NCBI GenBank assembly: GCA_047936785.1
Contig: CP176394.1
Strand: one strand, 5' to 3'
From: Oscillospiraceae bacterium LBM23126
Lineage (GTDB): Bacteria; Bacillota; Clostridia; Oscillospirales; Butyricicoccaceae
Length of the DNA stretch: 64,000 nt
The notes under the pieces are model-generated. The model worked only from the letters and a program-made list of their open reading frames with translations, searched no databases and had not been told where the DNA came from. A program made the position numbers and the translations under genes. Below are positions 46,015 through 56,247 of the stretch, in pieces. Within the stretch, counting starts at the first letter, position 1. Each line of letters starts with the position of its first letter.

Positions 46015-46806
46015 ATGAACGAGATCAGCAGAGCCAAGCGCATCGTCATCAAAATCGGCACAAGCACCCTGACTTATGAAACGGGGCGCATCAACATCCG
46101 CCGTTTTGAGCTGCTGTGCAAAGTCCTTTCGGATATCAAAAATTCAGGGCGCGAGATCATCCTTGTGTCTTCCGGCGCGGTGGGCGTCGGGGTGGCCAAG
46201 CTGGGGCTGGAATGCCGCCCAAAGGATATCCCGGGGAAACAGGCCGCCGCCGCGGTGGGGCAATGCGAACTGATGTATCTTTATGATAAATTGTTTTTGG
46301 AAAAAAGCCACAAAGTCGCCCAGCTTCTGCTGACGCGCGATGTGTTCGAACGGGAAGTGCGCAAGAAAAACGCCCGCAACACTTTTGAGCGCCTGCTGAC
46401 GCTGGGGGCCATTCCCATCGTCAACGAAAACGACACTGTTTCCACGGAAGAACTGGAATTCGGCGATAACGACACGCTTTCGGCCATGGTGGGCGTTTTG
46501 ACAAAAGCGGATGCCCTGATTATTCTTTCCGATATCGACGGCCTTTATGACAGCGACCCCAATAAAAACCCCGATGCAAAGCTGATTCCTTATATTGAAA
46601 AAATCGATGAACAGATCGAAGCCATCGCCGGGGGCAGCGCTTCGGGCCTGGGAACGGGCGGCATGACCACCAAGATCCAGGCGGCGAAGATCGCCACTTC
46701 CCACGGCATGACCATGGCCATCGTCAACGGATCCGACCCGAATCTGCTCTATGACCTTTTGGATGGCAAGCAGGCAGGCTCACTTTTCCTGCCGCAGAAA
46801 GCATAG
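46015..46806 (+). CDS. proB: glutamate 5-kinase (short form lacking PUA domain)
   Basis: RIVIKIGTSTL...ILVSSGAVGVG amino-acid kinase motifs; AAAGGAG RBS. Confidence 0.9.
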   Translation: MNEISRAKRIVIKIGTSTLTYETGRINIRRFELLCKVLSDIKNSGREIILVSSGAVGVGVAKLGLECRPKDIPGKQAAAAVGQCELMYLYDKLFLEKSHKVAQLLLTRDVFEREVRKKNARNTFERLLTLGAIPIVNENDTVSTEELEFGDNDTLSAMVGVLTKADALIILSDIDGLYDSDPNKNPDAKLIPYIEKIDEQIEAIAGGSASGLGTGGMTTKIQAAKIATSHGMTMAIVNGSDPNLLYDLLDGKQAGSLFLPQKA

Positions 46807-46818
46807 GAGGAACGAAAA

Positions 46819-48066
46819 ATGGATCATCTTCATCAGCTGGCCTCTCAATCAAAAGAAGCCGCAAGAGCCCTGGCGCTTTATGATACCCAAACCAAAAACC
46901 GCGGGCTGGAAGCTATCGCCGCGGCGCTGCTGGCGGGCTGTGACGAGATTCTGGCCGCCAACGCGCAGGATCTGGCCGAAGCCGAAACAAACGGCGTGCG
47001 CCCCACGATGCTGGATCGGCTGAAGCTGACCAGAGCGCGCGTGGAAGCCATGGCCGCCGGCGTTTTGCAGGTGAAGGAACTGGCCGACCCTGTGGGCGAA
47101 GTGATGGAAACCCTCTGCCGCCCCAACGGCATGAAAATCGAAAAAGTCAGGGTGCCGCTGGGCGTCATCGGCATCATTTATGAAGCGCGCCCCAATGTAA
47201 CGGTGGATTCCGCCGTTTTATGCCTGAAATCGGGCAACGCCGCTTTTTTGCGCGGCGGCAAAGAGGCGTTTCGTTCCAACAGGGTGCTCGCGAAGATCAT
47301 GCGCGGCGCGCTGGAACAGGCGGGGCTGCTGCCCGACTGCATCGTGCTGCTGGATGATATTTCGCGCGAAACGGCCGCCGAGATGATGCGCCTGCGCGGC
47401 TTTATCGATGTGCTGATCCCCCGCGGCGGCGCGGGGCTGATCCGCAGCGTGGTGGAAAACGCCAGTGTGCCCGTCATCGAAACGGGAACCGGCAACTGCC
47501 ACCTTTATGTGGATGAAACAGCGGATATAGAGATGGCCGCCCGCATTTTATATAACGGCAAATGCACCAGACCTTCTGTCTGCAACGCGCTGGAAACCGT
47601 TTTGGTGCATGAAAAAGCGGCCGCCGCGTTTTTGCCCAAGGCTTACGCGATGCTTGAAAAAGATCATGTGCAGTGGCGCGGATGCCCCCGCACCCGCGAG
47701 CTCCTGCCGCAGGCGGAACCTGCCGCGGAAGAAGATTTCGCAACGGAATTCAACGATTATATCCTGGCCTGCAAGGTCGTCGGCAGCGAAGATGAGGCGC
47801 TGGAGCATATCCGCCGCTATTCCACAAAACACAGCGAATGCATCGTCACCGAAGACCGGGCCGCCGCAGACCGTTTCACGGCGCAGGTGGATGCCGCCGC
47901 CGTTTATGTGAACGCTTCCACCCGATTCACCGACGGCAGCGAATTCGGCATGGGGGCGGAGATCGGCATTTCCACCCAGAAAATGCACGCCCGCGGCCCC
48001 ATGGGGCTGAAAGAACTGACAAGCTATAAGTATCTGGTTCACGGAAACGGCCAGATCAGAGAATAA
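46819..48066 (+). CDS. proA: gamma-glutamyl phosphate reductase
   Basis: 415 aa aldehyde dehydrogenase-type; AGGAGG RBS; immediately downstream of proB. Confidence 0.9.
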   Translation: MDHLHQLASQSKEAARALALYDTQTKNRGLEAIAAALLAGCDEILAANAQDLAEAETNGVRPTMLDRLKLTRARVEAMAAGVLQVKELADPVGEVMETLCRPNGMKIEKVRVPLGVIGIIYEARPNVTVDSAVLCLKSGNAAFLRGGKEAFRSNRVLAKIMRGALEQAGLLPDCIVLLDDISRETAAEMMRLRGFIDVLIPRGGAGLIRSVVENASVPVIETGTGNCHLYVDETADIEMAARILYNGKCTRPSVCNALETVLVHEKAAAAFLPKAYAMLEKDHVQWRGCPRTRELLPQAEPAAEEDFATEFNDYILACKVVGSEDEALEHIRRYSTKHSECIVTEDRAAADRFTAQVDAAAVYVNASTRFTDGSEFGMGAEIGISTQKMHARGPMGLKELTSYKYLVHGNGQIRE

Positions 48067-48083
48067 AACAGAAATGTTTTGAC

Positions 48084-48121
48084 GAAATGCCCGAAAGCTA
48101 ACCCTTGCTTTCGGGCATTTC
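48084..48121 (+). terminator. strong 15-bp stem-loop after proA (putative terminator, no clear U-tract)
   Basis: gaaatgcccgaaagc-taacccttg-gctttcgggcatttc. Confidence 0.45.
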
Positions 48122-48252
48122 GCATGATATACTGAACAATCGATGAGAGCAACTTAGGATTTTAGGCTCCGCCGCATCGGCTTTTGCGGCGCAAAACCTG
48201 TTTGGGGCTGGCGGTTCCGAACATGGTCAAAATCTATCCGCCGGAGAATACT

Positions 48253-48768
48253 ATGTCTATGAATGTAAAACGCCTGGTGCGCTGCGCGATGATCGCCGCG
48301 GTGTATGTTACGCTTTGTCTGGTGCTGGCGCCGCTGAGCTATGGAACGGTGCAGATCCGTGTGGCCGAAGCGCTGACGCTGCTGCCCGTGTTCGGCCCCG
48401 AATATATCGTGGGCGTCACGCTGGGCTGCCTGCTGGCGAACCTTTTGGGTTCCACTATGGTCGATGTGGTTTTTGGCACATTGGCCACCTTCCTGGCCTG
48501 CCTGGTGACTTATTCCCTGCGCAAAACCAGAGTGCGCGGCCTTGCGATCCCCGCATCGATCCCGCCTGTGCTTTTTAACGCCGTCATCGTGGGCGGCATC
48601 GAACTGACCTTCTTTATGGGCGAAATGGGCGCCACCGCCAAAATCGCGCTGCTCAATGCGCTTTCGGTGGGGCTGGGTGAAGTGGTCAGCTGCATGATCC
48701 TTGGCGTGCTTTTGGTCAAGCTGATCGAAAGTGTTCCCGCCCTTCGTCACAGTTTTTCAGAAAAATGA
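48253..48768 (+). CDS. queT: queuosine precursor transporter QueT (ECF-type S component)
   Basis: 5-6 TM small protein, RLVRCAMIAAVYVTLCLVLAPLSYG...EALTLLP pattern typical of QueT; GGAGA RBS. Confidence 0.75.
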   Translation: MSMNVKRLVRCAMIAAVYVTLCLVLAPLSYGTVQIRVAEALTLLPVFGPEYIVGVTLGCLLANLLGSTMVDVVFGTLATFLACLVTYSLRKTRVRGLAIPASIPPVLFNAVIVGGIELTFFMGEMGATAKIALLNALSVGLGEVVSCMILGVLLVKLIESVPALRHSFSEK

Positions 48769-48855
48769 TCCCCGCGAGGCCCATGCAGGCGGAAAGCCGC
48801 CGCCGGCAGATCTTGCCGTAAAGCTGCAGGGGCTTTGTTGAAAAGGTGCTTTCTC

Positions 48856-48888
48856 ACAGCGATGGCCGCAAGGTCATCGCTTTTTTTA
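48856..48888 (+). terminator. intrinsic terminator after queT
   Basis: agcgatg-gccgcaaggt-catcgct followed by ttttttt. Confidence 0.7.
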
Positions 48889-49060
48889 TAGTAGGATCCG
48901 ATAAAAAATGCCTGATGCGAAACTTGGTCGAATCAAGAGTCGCCCTGCCGACCATGCCGCCGTTATTCGGCATGAAGGAAAGGAAACAATCTTGAAACGC
49001 CGCGTTTTGCAGCAGGCATTTGTTTTTTTGAAAAGGGCTTGCGGGTGCGGGATGAGAAAA

Positions 49061-49852
49061 TCAGAAGAAACGGCGGATGGCTTCGGCCACGCCGTCGCCA
49101 TAAGCTGCGGCAGCGGTATAATCGGCCACTGCTTTCAAAGCAGGGGAAGCGTTGCCCATGGCGACTCCCATGCCGGCCCATTGCACCATGGCGGCGTCGT
49201 TGGAATTATCGCCGCAGCAAACCACTTCTTCGGCCTCAACGCCCAGATGTTCGCAGATCAGCTGCAGCGCGGTGGCTTTTGAAACATCGCGGCGCATGAT
49301 CTCGATCAGATAATTTTTTGAGGCGGCGATGTAAAGATCATCGCCCACCGCTTTTTTCAGTGCTTCGGTGATGGCGGGCGCTTCAGCGGGCTCGACCACC
49401 ATCACCATTTTCGGGGTGGTCAGATGCGCCGCCGTTTTCAGATCGCCCACTTCACGATAGGGGCAGTTGAGCAGATCGGGGTCGATGGCCGTTTCTTTGG
49501 TATAACGCGCGCAGATCAGCGTGTCTTCATGATAAAGCTGCACATAATGGCGATGCTCTTCACAAAAGGCGATGATCTTTTCGACCTTTTCGCGGGGCAG
49601 GGGGCGCAGGATCTCGGGGAAACTGCCGTCGGCGCTGCGGATCAAAGCGCCGTTATAGGTGGCCAGCGGCGCGGTGATGCCGAATTCGCGGGCATATTTG
49701 CGCGCCGAAGGGAACATGCGGCCCGTTGCCAGCGTCACGATGACCCCGCGGTTCAAAAGCCGGGCGACGCCCTCCCGGGCAGCGGGCGTGGCCGTGAGGT
49801 CGCGCGAAAGCAGAGTGTTATCCAGATCCAGCGCAAGCATTCGATAAGACAT
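49061..49852 (-). CDS. Cof-type HAD-IIB family hydrolase
   Basis: LALDLDNTLL motif I, HAD motifs II-IV. Confidence 0.85.
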   Translation of the reverse strand: MSYRMLALDLDNTLLSRDLTATPAAREGVARLLNRGVIVTLATGRMFPSARKYAREFGITAPLATYNGALIRSADGSFPEILRPLPREKVEKIIAFCEEHRHYVQLYHEDTLICARYTKETAIDPDLLNCPYREVGDLKTAAHLTTPKMVMVVEPAEAPAITEALKKAVGDDLYIAASKNYLIEIMRRDVSKATALQLICEHLGVEAEEVVCCGDNSNDAAMVQWAGMGVAMGNASPALKAVADYTAAAAYGDGVAEAIRRFF

Positions 49853-49863
49853 AGGGAAACTCC

Positions 49864-50823
49864 TTATAAAACGATCAGACCGTAGCGTTCGACAAGGCGG
49901 CGCAGCAGCGATTCTTCCAGCTCGAAGGTGCCGTCATACATGGCGCGGCCGCAAAAGGAAACAAGCGCCTGTTCAAACAGCGCTTCATCCGAAGTGCGCA
50001 GGCAGAGCGGAAGATGGATCATATACTGTTCTTCCGCAAAGCGGGCCAGGGCATCTTCGTCATCGATCACCAGCCGCAGCGAAGCGATGCTTTCCGCATT
50101 TTCGGCCTCCATCAGCTCATCGATGAAATCGGCGGAACATTCCAGCTCGATGTCGATATCGAAGGTGGGGTCTAACAGAAAAGCATTCCCGTTGGAAACG
50201 GCGATGAAATAATCGGGTTCTTTCGGCGGGCAGACCGCCGGCAGATGATCGAAAAAGCCTTTTTCGGCCGCATATTGCGCCAAAGCTTCGGTTTCATGGC
50301 TGTCGGCCGCCATCAGAAACGAAAGATGGGGCAGCGGCCATGTTTTCTGCCGCGCATCCTCCAGAGAAAGCACGGCGCCCAAAGGGATGCGGGCGTCTTC
50401 ATAAAGCGCGGCGATCAGCGCAGGCATCTCGGCCGCAGCCTCTTCATCCTGAGAAGTGAGCAGAACCCCGGCACAGCCCATGCTTTGCAGCAGGATCAAA
50501 GCCGCGCCGGCCTGCCAGTTATCAAAAGTTTCGCCGTCGGCATTCAGCGCCAGACAGGCGATAAAAGGCGGCTGCGCCGGCAGATCTTTGCAGGCCAGCA
50601 AAGCGGCGCGCTGCTGGGCGACGGTCATGCCGCAATCGGCCAGCACAGGCGCGGCGCCGTTGCGAAGCGAAGATTTGATCTGCGCGATCTGAAGCGAGAA
50701 GGGAAGCGTTTCACCGGCTTCATCGGCGGGGGCGGTCAGAATCTGCCCGAGGGGCAGCAGATGGCCGCCTTCGGCGCCTGCTGTGGAAAGCACGGCGGGA
50801 AACACAGTGGGAAGAGGTTTCAT
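49864..50823 (-). CDS. hypothetical protein (319 aa), no recognisable family
   Basis: Long ORF with codon usage like neighbours, acidic, no TM/signal peptide. Confidence 0.5.
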   Translation of the reverse strand: MKPLPTVFPAVLSTAGAEGGHLLPLGQILTAPADEAGETLPFSLQIAQIKSSLRNGAAPVLADCGMTVAQQRAALLACKDLPAQPPFIACLALNADGETFDNWQAGAALILLQSMGCAGVLLTSQDEEAAAEMPALIAALYEDARIPLGAVLSLEDARQKTWPLPHLSFLMAADSHETEALAQYAAEKGFFDHLPAVCPPKEPDYFIAVSNGNAFLLDPTFDIDIELECSADFIDELMEAENAESIASLRLVIDDEDALARFAEEQYMIHLPLCLRTSDEALFEQALVSFCGRAMYDGTFELEESLLRRLVERYGLIVL

Positions 50824-50864
50824 GGTTAAAACAAGTTCTCCTTTTCGTTTATCGCCCTTTTCCT

Positions 50865-52376
50865 TTAGGAAGCGGGCTTGTTGTTGATAATATTGCCCAG
50901 CTTATCCACAGTATACTGGATCGGCTGCTTGGCATATTCGCGGGCAAGCTCCAGCGCTTTTTGCAGCTGGGTGTCGTCCAGAACCTTCTGGCCCGCAAAT
51001 TCTTTCAGGCGGGCGTTGATCTTTTGCGCGGTGGCGGTGTCGAGATAATTCTGGGGGGCGATGCCGTAATAGCTGCGGAAATCGTTGAGCGCATCGCGGG
51101 TGGCGTTATCGAATTCCATCATATCCGCGCCGGCGGGCTTTTTCAAAAAGCCCAGCGCCGTCAAGGCAAGATTCAGCTTGTGAGTGTCTTCCGACCAGTT
51201 GGTGATGTTCAGAAAACGCTCGGGCACAGGCGCGCATTCCGCGGCGGGATGCAGCTTCAGCTGATTACTTACAGTATATTTTGGCGTGATGCCTACACCG
51301 TCATAATCTTTCGAAGAGGGCGGGATCAGCTGCAGGCCGGTGAGCACCACGGCGGAATTATCATCGAACAGCAGGTGATATTGGCCGCGGGCTTTGCCAT
51401 AGGTGGTTTCGCCGATGGTTTCGGCATAGCCCAGATCGCCCAGCGAGCTGACCATGATCTCGGAAGCCGAAGCGCTGCCTTTATCGCAGAGAAGCAGGAT
51501 CTTGTTGAGGCGGATGCCGATGCCTTCCGAGGTATAGGTGTCGATCTTGGTGTTGTTGCCGTTGCGCGAAGAGATCGAGAAGAAATTCACATCTTTATCG
51601 GGGATGAGGCGGTTGATCATGTTGAGCGCCATGTTCACTTCGCCGCCGGGGTTGCCGCGCAGATCAAAGATCAAAACCTTCGATTGCTGTTCGGCCATTT
51701 CCTGCAGGGCGAAAACGAATTTCAGATAGCTGGCGGTGTCGGCAAAGCGGGTGAGCTTCATGTAATAGATGCCTTCTTCCAGCTTGCGCGAAGAGAAATT
51801 CGAAATTTCGATATAGCTGCGGGTCAGAAGGAAAGTATGGTATTTGCCCTGACGGTTGATGGAAAGCGAGACCTGTGTGCCTTTTTCGCCGCGCAGCAGC
51901 GAAGAGGCTTTTTCCATGGAAAGGCCGTGGGCCGAGGTGTTGCCGATCATGTGAAGGATGTCGCCCACCATCACGCCGGCCTTGGCGGCGCTGCCGCCCT
52001 CTGTGAGGGCCGCTACGCGCAGATCGGAACCATATTGTTCCAGCGTGACGCCAACGCCCACATAGCTGGCGTTGGTGGGGTAGGTGGTTTCATAACTGCC
52101 GGCGGGAACATAGGTGGTATAGCGGTCATAATTCGAAAGCATCGAAGCCATCAGCGCTTCATAAGCGCCGGGGTTTTGTTCAAAAAAGGTGATAAGGCCC
52201 TTTTGCAGGGGGTCGTCGCTGGTGGAAGAGCCCAGCCCATACTGGCGGATCATCTGGGCGATCTCGTTGAGGTTTTTATATTGCTCCTGCGGGGTATAGG
52301 CCAAAGCGGGCATGGAAAGGCCGATCAGCAGAACGGCGGCGCATAAAAGGGAAAGAATGCGTTTTTTCATGGTCAC
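50865..52376 (-). CDS. S41 family C-terminal processing peptidase with PDZ and C-terminal peptidoglycan-binding-like domain
   Basis: Signal peptide; LRGNPGGEV S41 catalytic motif region; PDZ; C-terminal PG_binding_1-like helix repeats. Confidence 0.85.
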   Translation of the reverse strand: MTMKKRILSLLCAAVLLIGLSMPALAYTPQEQYKNLNEIAQMIRQYGLGSSTSDDPLQKGLITFFEQNPGAYEALMASMLSNYDRYTTYVPAGSYETTYPTNASYVGVGVTLEQYGSDLRVAALTEGGSAAKAGVMVGDILHMIGNTSAHGLSMEKASSLLRGEKGTQVSLSINRQGKYHTFLLTRSYIEISNFSSRKLEEGIYYMKLTRFADTASYLKFVFALQEMAEQQSKVLIFDLRGNPGGEVNMALNMINRLIPDKDVNFFSISSRNGNNTKIDTYTSEGIGIRLNKILLLCDKGSASASEIMVSSLGDLGYAETIGETTYGKARGQYHLLFDDNSAVVLTGLQLIPPSSKDYDGVGITPKYTVSNQLKLHPAAECAPVPERFLNITNWSEDTHKLNLALTALGFLKKPAGADMMEFDNATRDALNDFRSYYGIAPQNYLDTATAQKINARLKEFAGQKVLDDTQLQKALELAREYAKQPIQYTVDKLGNIINNKPAS

Positions 52377-52464
52377 AACTCCTCTGTTTCATGCAGAACA
52401 ATGGGTGGATGAAGCCTTGCGTCAACGCGCCGCCCGGCAAAGCCCAGCGGCGCGTATCAAAACA

Positions 52465-54156
52465 TTACATATGGTCGGGCGCGGTGACGCCAAAGGTGGA
52501 AAGGGTGTTTTCGATCACCGTCGCCACGCTGTTGCAAAGCGCAAGGCGCGCGTTGCGCAGCGCTTCGGTTTCGGCGTTTTTGATGGGCGAAACGGTATAG
52601 AACCGGTGGAACGCGGCCGCCACGGTGGTGGCATAGCGGTTCATGCGGGCGGGTTCCCGGTCGCGGGCGGCGATGCGGATCTCTTCGGGCAGCTTGGCCA
52701 GCTCGCGGATGAGCTCGATCTCTTCTTCACTGCGCAGCAGGCTGAGATCGGGGGCGGCGGAAGGCACCACGCCTTCGGCGGCCAGATTTTTCAGGATGCT
52801 CTTGATGCGGGCGTGGGCATATTGAACATAATAAACCGGGTTTTCGCTGTCTTCGCGAACGGCAAGGCCCAGGTCGAATTCCAGATGGGTGTCGGCGGCG
52901 CGGGAATTGAAGAAATAGCGGGCCGCATCGCAGGAGATCTCATCCAGCAGGTCGGAAAGGGTGATGGCTTTGCCGGTGCGCTTGGACATGCGCACCACTT
53001 CGCCGTCGCGCATCAGGCGCACCAGCTGCATCAGAACGATCTCCAGCCGGTTGGAACCATCCAGCCCCAGCGCATCCAAAGCGGCCTTCAGGCGGGCCAC
53101 ATGGCCGTGGTGATCGGCGCCCCAGATGTTGATGACGCGGTCGAAGCCGCGCTTTTCGAATTTTTCGCGGTGATAGGCGATATCCGCCGCAAAATAGGTA
53201 TAAAACCCGTTGGCGCGGCGCAGAACATCATCTTTTTCGCAGCCGAAATCGGTGGTCTTCAGCCACAGCGCGCCTTCGCTTTCATAGGTGGCGCCCTTTT
53301 CGGTCAGCAGATTGATGGTCTCTTCCACATAATGGGTGTTGTGCAGGGTGGATTCGAAGAACCAGTTGTCATAGTGGATGCGGTATTTTTCAAGATCGGC
53401 GCGCATCTTGATCAGGTTGCGCTCAAGACCGAAAGCCACCAGCGCGTCGTGGCGCTCTTTTTCGGGGGCCTGCAAATAGCGGTCGCCGTTGATCTCATAA
53501 AAAGCCTTGGCCAGTTCGCGGATATCATCGCCGTGATAGCCGTCTTCGGGGAACTCGCGGCTGTCTTCGCCGCGGATGAGCTGCTCATAGCGGCAATCCA
53601 GCGAAGCGGCAAACTTTTCGATCTGGTTGCCGGCGTCGTTGACATAAAATTCGCGGGTGACATCGTTGCCCGCGCGGGAAAGCACTTCGGCAAGGCTGTC
53701 GCCCAGAACGCCGCCGCGGGCGTTGCCCATATGCATGGGGCCCGTGGGGTTGGCCGAAACGAATTCCACCATGATCTTTTCGGGCTTTTCGGCGGGGGTG
53801 CGGCCGTAATGCTGTTTTTCTTCTAAAATATTTTTGACGACATTTTCAAAATAAACGGGGGAAAGGCGCAGGTTGATAAAGCCGGGGCCGGCGATCTCGC
53901 AGGAAGCAAACAGCGTGCCTTCCAGAGAAACATTGGCGCAGAGCGCCTCGGCGATCTTGCGGGGGGGCATCCCCAGTTTTTTGGCCGCCTGCATGGCAAA
54001 GCTGGAAGCATAGTCACCGTTTTTGATATCCTTGGGCACCTCTACGGGTGCGGAATCAAACGGATGAGAAGGCAGCAGCCCCTGTGCTTCGGCCTGATGA
54101 TAGGCTTTCAGAATCAGGTCGGAAGCCTGTTCCATTGCGGTCATCACATAGTTCAT
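52465..54156 (-). CDS. argS: arginine--tRNA ligase
   Basis: 563 aa; Class I HIGH (PTGPMHMGNARG) motif, anticodon-binding DALR domain. Confidence 0.95.
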   Translation of the reverse strand: MNYVMTAMEQASDLILKAYHQAEAQGLLPSHPFDSAPVEVPKDIKNGDYASSFAMQAAKKLGMPPRKIAEALCANVSLEGTLFASCEIAGPGFINLRLSPVYFENVVKNILEEKQHYGRTPAEKPEKIMVEFVSANPTGPMHMGNARGGVLGDSLAEVLSRAGNDVTREFYVNDAGNQIEKFAASLDCRYEQLIRGEDSREFPEDGYHGDDIRELAKAFYEINGDRYLQAPEKERHDALVAFGLERNLIKMRADLEKYRIHYDNWFFESTLHNTHYVEETINLLTEKGATYESEGALWLKTTDFGCEKDDVLRRANGFYTYFAADIAYHREKFEKRGFDRVINIWGADHHGHVARLKAALDALGLDGSNRLEIVLMQLVRLMRDGEVVRMSKRTGKAITLSDLLDEISCDAARYFFNSRAADTHLEFDLGLAVREDSENPVYYVQYAHARIKSILKNLAAEGVVPSAAPDLSLLRSEEEIELIRELAKLPEEIRIAARDREPARMNRYATTVAAAFHRFYTVSPIKNAETEALRNARLALCNSVATVIENTLSTFGVTAPDHM

Positions 54157-54195
54157 ATCAAAATAACCTCCAAAATATGGTTTCCGGTTTCGGTG

Positions 54196-54651
54196 TTACG
54201 CGGGGCGGATCTCAAGCCTGAGATAGTTGGTGTTGGTATATACATGATCCACCTCCACCGCATAGCTCACCTCTAAAAACCCGCCGTCTTCGCCGAGCTG
54301 TGAAGTGAGTGACTGGGTGATGGTGGAAATGTTCAGCGGGCCGTAATTCGATTGGTAAAGGGCGGTGTGGCGCTGGCCGGCGCAAAGGCGAAGCTGGGAA
54401 CTGACGGCCCCTGTGCGCAGGATGGTCAGGGCGTCGGGTTCGATCTTCATGGTGGTTTTGGTGCCTTCCATGCCGGTGAGGGCGCTTTCTTCATAAACGA
54501 TATAATATTTTCCGCCGCGCAGATAATATTGGCCGTTTGTCACAAGCTCCACTTTTTCGGGCGATTGATCTTCGTAATCCTGCCGGCCCGAAATAGAAAT
54601 GATCACATCTTTTTTCACGAAAAAACTCCTGATGGGGGCGCTTTTTTTCAC
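54196..54651 (-). CDS. DUF1934 (YwiB-like) protein
   Basis: 151 aa beta-rich protein conserved upstream of argS in Firmicutes. Confidence 0.75.
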   Translation of the reverse strand: MKKSAPIRSFFVKKDVIISISGRQDYEDQSPEKVELVTNGQYYLRGGKYYIVYEESALTGMEGTKTTMKIEPDALTILRTGAVSSQLRLCAGQRHTALYQSNYGPLNISTITQSLTSQLGEDGGFLEVSYAVEVDHVYTNTNYLRLEIRPA

Positions 54652-54852
54652 GCCCGAAATTTGGCGGAAATACAGATTCCGTCACATTATAATATCATAC
54701 CACATTACGGCAAAAATGCAAAAGAAACAGTTCAAAAATCAGCAATTTCAATAAAATGATTAAAAAATAACAAATAGTTCTTTTTTTATTTGTCATTTAT
54801 GGTATTCTGATAAAAGAGGCACTTGGCTAATTTTTAGACGGAGGAAGATAAG

Positions 54853-56232
54853 ATGAAAATCAATATGACGGAAACAGTTTTACGCGACGCAAACCAATCA
54901 CTCATCGCGACCCGTATGCCGTTCAGCGATTTCGAGCCCATTCTGGAAACGCTGGATCAGGCCGGCTATTATTCTCTGGAATGCTGGGGCGGCGCAACTT
55001 TTGATTCCTGCTTGCGTTATTTGAACGAAGATCCGTGGGAAAGACTTCGCCGAATTCGCAAGGTGGTCAAAAACACAAAGCTGCAAATGCTGCTGCGCGG
55101 CCAGAATATTTTAGGCTATAAACATTATCCCGATGACATCGTGAGAATGTTCGTGAGAAAATCGGTGGAAAACGGCATCGATATCATCCGCATTTTCGAT
55201 GCGCTCAACGATCTGCGCAATATCGAAGTGGCCGTAGACGAAGCCATCAAGGCGGGCGCCCATGTGCAGGGCACTCTGTGCTATACCACAAGCCCCCTTC
55301 ACACACTGGAAAAATTCGTCGAGCTGGCGAAACAGCTGGAACAAATGGGCTGTCACAGCATCTGCGTGAAAGATATGGCCGGCATCATGAGCCCCAAAGA
55401 AGCTTATGACCTGGTGAAAGCCATCAAAGAAAATGTAAAGCTGCCGATCGTTGTGCATACACACTGCACCACGGGTCTTGCCCCCATGACCTATCTCAAG
55501 GCCGTGGAAGCCGGCGCCACGACCATCGATTGCGCCATTTCCTGCATGTCGGGCGGCACCTCTCAGCCCGCCACCGAATCGATGAATTACACCCTGAAAC
55601 AGTTCGGTTATGAAACCGGCCTGAATGAAAAGCTTCTGAAAGAGATCAACGATTTCTTCAAGCCCATCCGCGATAAAGCGCTGGAAACCGGCCTTTTGAA
55701 CCCGCTGGTTATGGGCACAGCCACCGACGCGCTGGTCTATCAGGTTCCCGGCGGCATGCTTTCGAACCTGGTGGCGCAACTGAAAGCGCAGAACGCGCTG
55801 GATCATTTCCAGGAAGTTCTGGAAGAAGTGCCCCGCGTGCGCGCCGATCTGGGCTATCCTCCGCTGGTCACCCCCTCCAGCCAGATGGTGGGCGTTCAGG
55901 CGGCCACCAATGTGCTGCTGGGCGAGCGTTATAAAAACATCTCAAAAGAGATCAAGGCTTATATCCGCGGCGAATATGGCCGCGCCCCCGGCCAGCTGAA
56001 CGAAGAGTTGGTGAAAAAGGTGATGGGCGATGAAAAGCCGCTGGAATGCCGCTTTGCGGATACCTTGGAGCCGGGCTTTGAAAAGGCAAAAAAAGAGATC
56101 GGCGAATTGGCGAAATCGGATGAGGATGTGCTTTCTTATGTGGCTTTCCCGCAGATCGCGGAAAAGTTCCTGCAGGAGCGCGCCGATAAGGAAAAGAACA
56201 CCGCATCCTATGTCATCCGCCAGATCGGCTAA
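54853..56232 (+). CDS. oadA: oxaloacetate decarboxylase alpha subunit, carboxyltransferase (5S/PycB-type) domain only, no biotinyl domain
   Basis: 459 aa; MTETVLRDANQSLIATRMPFSDFEPILETLDQAGYYSLECWGGATFD N-terminal TIM-barrel pattern of the 5S pyruvate carboxyltransferase family; no biotin attachment region. Confidence 0.85.
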   Translation: MKINMTETVLRDANQSLIATRMPFSDFEPILETLDQAGYYSLECWGGATFDSCLRYLNEDPWERLRRIRKVVKNTKLQMLLRGQNILGYKHYPDDIVRMFVRKSVENGIDIIRIFDALNDLRNIEVAVDEAIKAGAHVQGTLCYTTSPLHTLEKFVELAKQLEQMGCHSICVKDMAGIMSPKEAYDLVKAIKENVKLPIVVHTHCTTGLAPMTYLKAVEAGATTIDCAISCMSGGTSQPATESMNYTLKQFGYETGLNEKLLKEINDFFKPIRDKALETGLLNPLVMGTATDALVYQVPGGMLSNLVAQLKAQNALDHFQEVLEEVPRVRADLGYPPLVTPSSQMVGVQAATNVLLGERYKNISKEIKAYIRGEYGRAPGQLNEELVKKVMGDEKPLECRFADTLEPGFEKAKKEIGELAKSDEDVLSYVAFPQIAEKFLQERADKEKNTASYVIRQIG

Positions 56233-56247
56233 GGAGGATAGAACAGA

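Noticed and set aside
50961-53826. 461-aa and 504-aa plus-strand ORFs antisense to the S41 protease and argS
   Set aside because: These are GC-driven shadow ORFs with low-complexity Gly/Ala/Arg translations.
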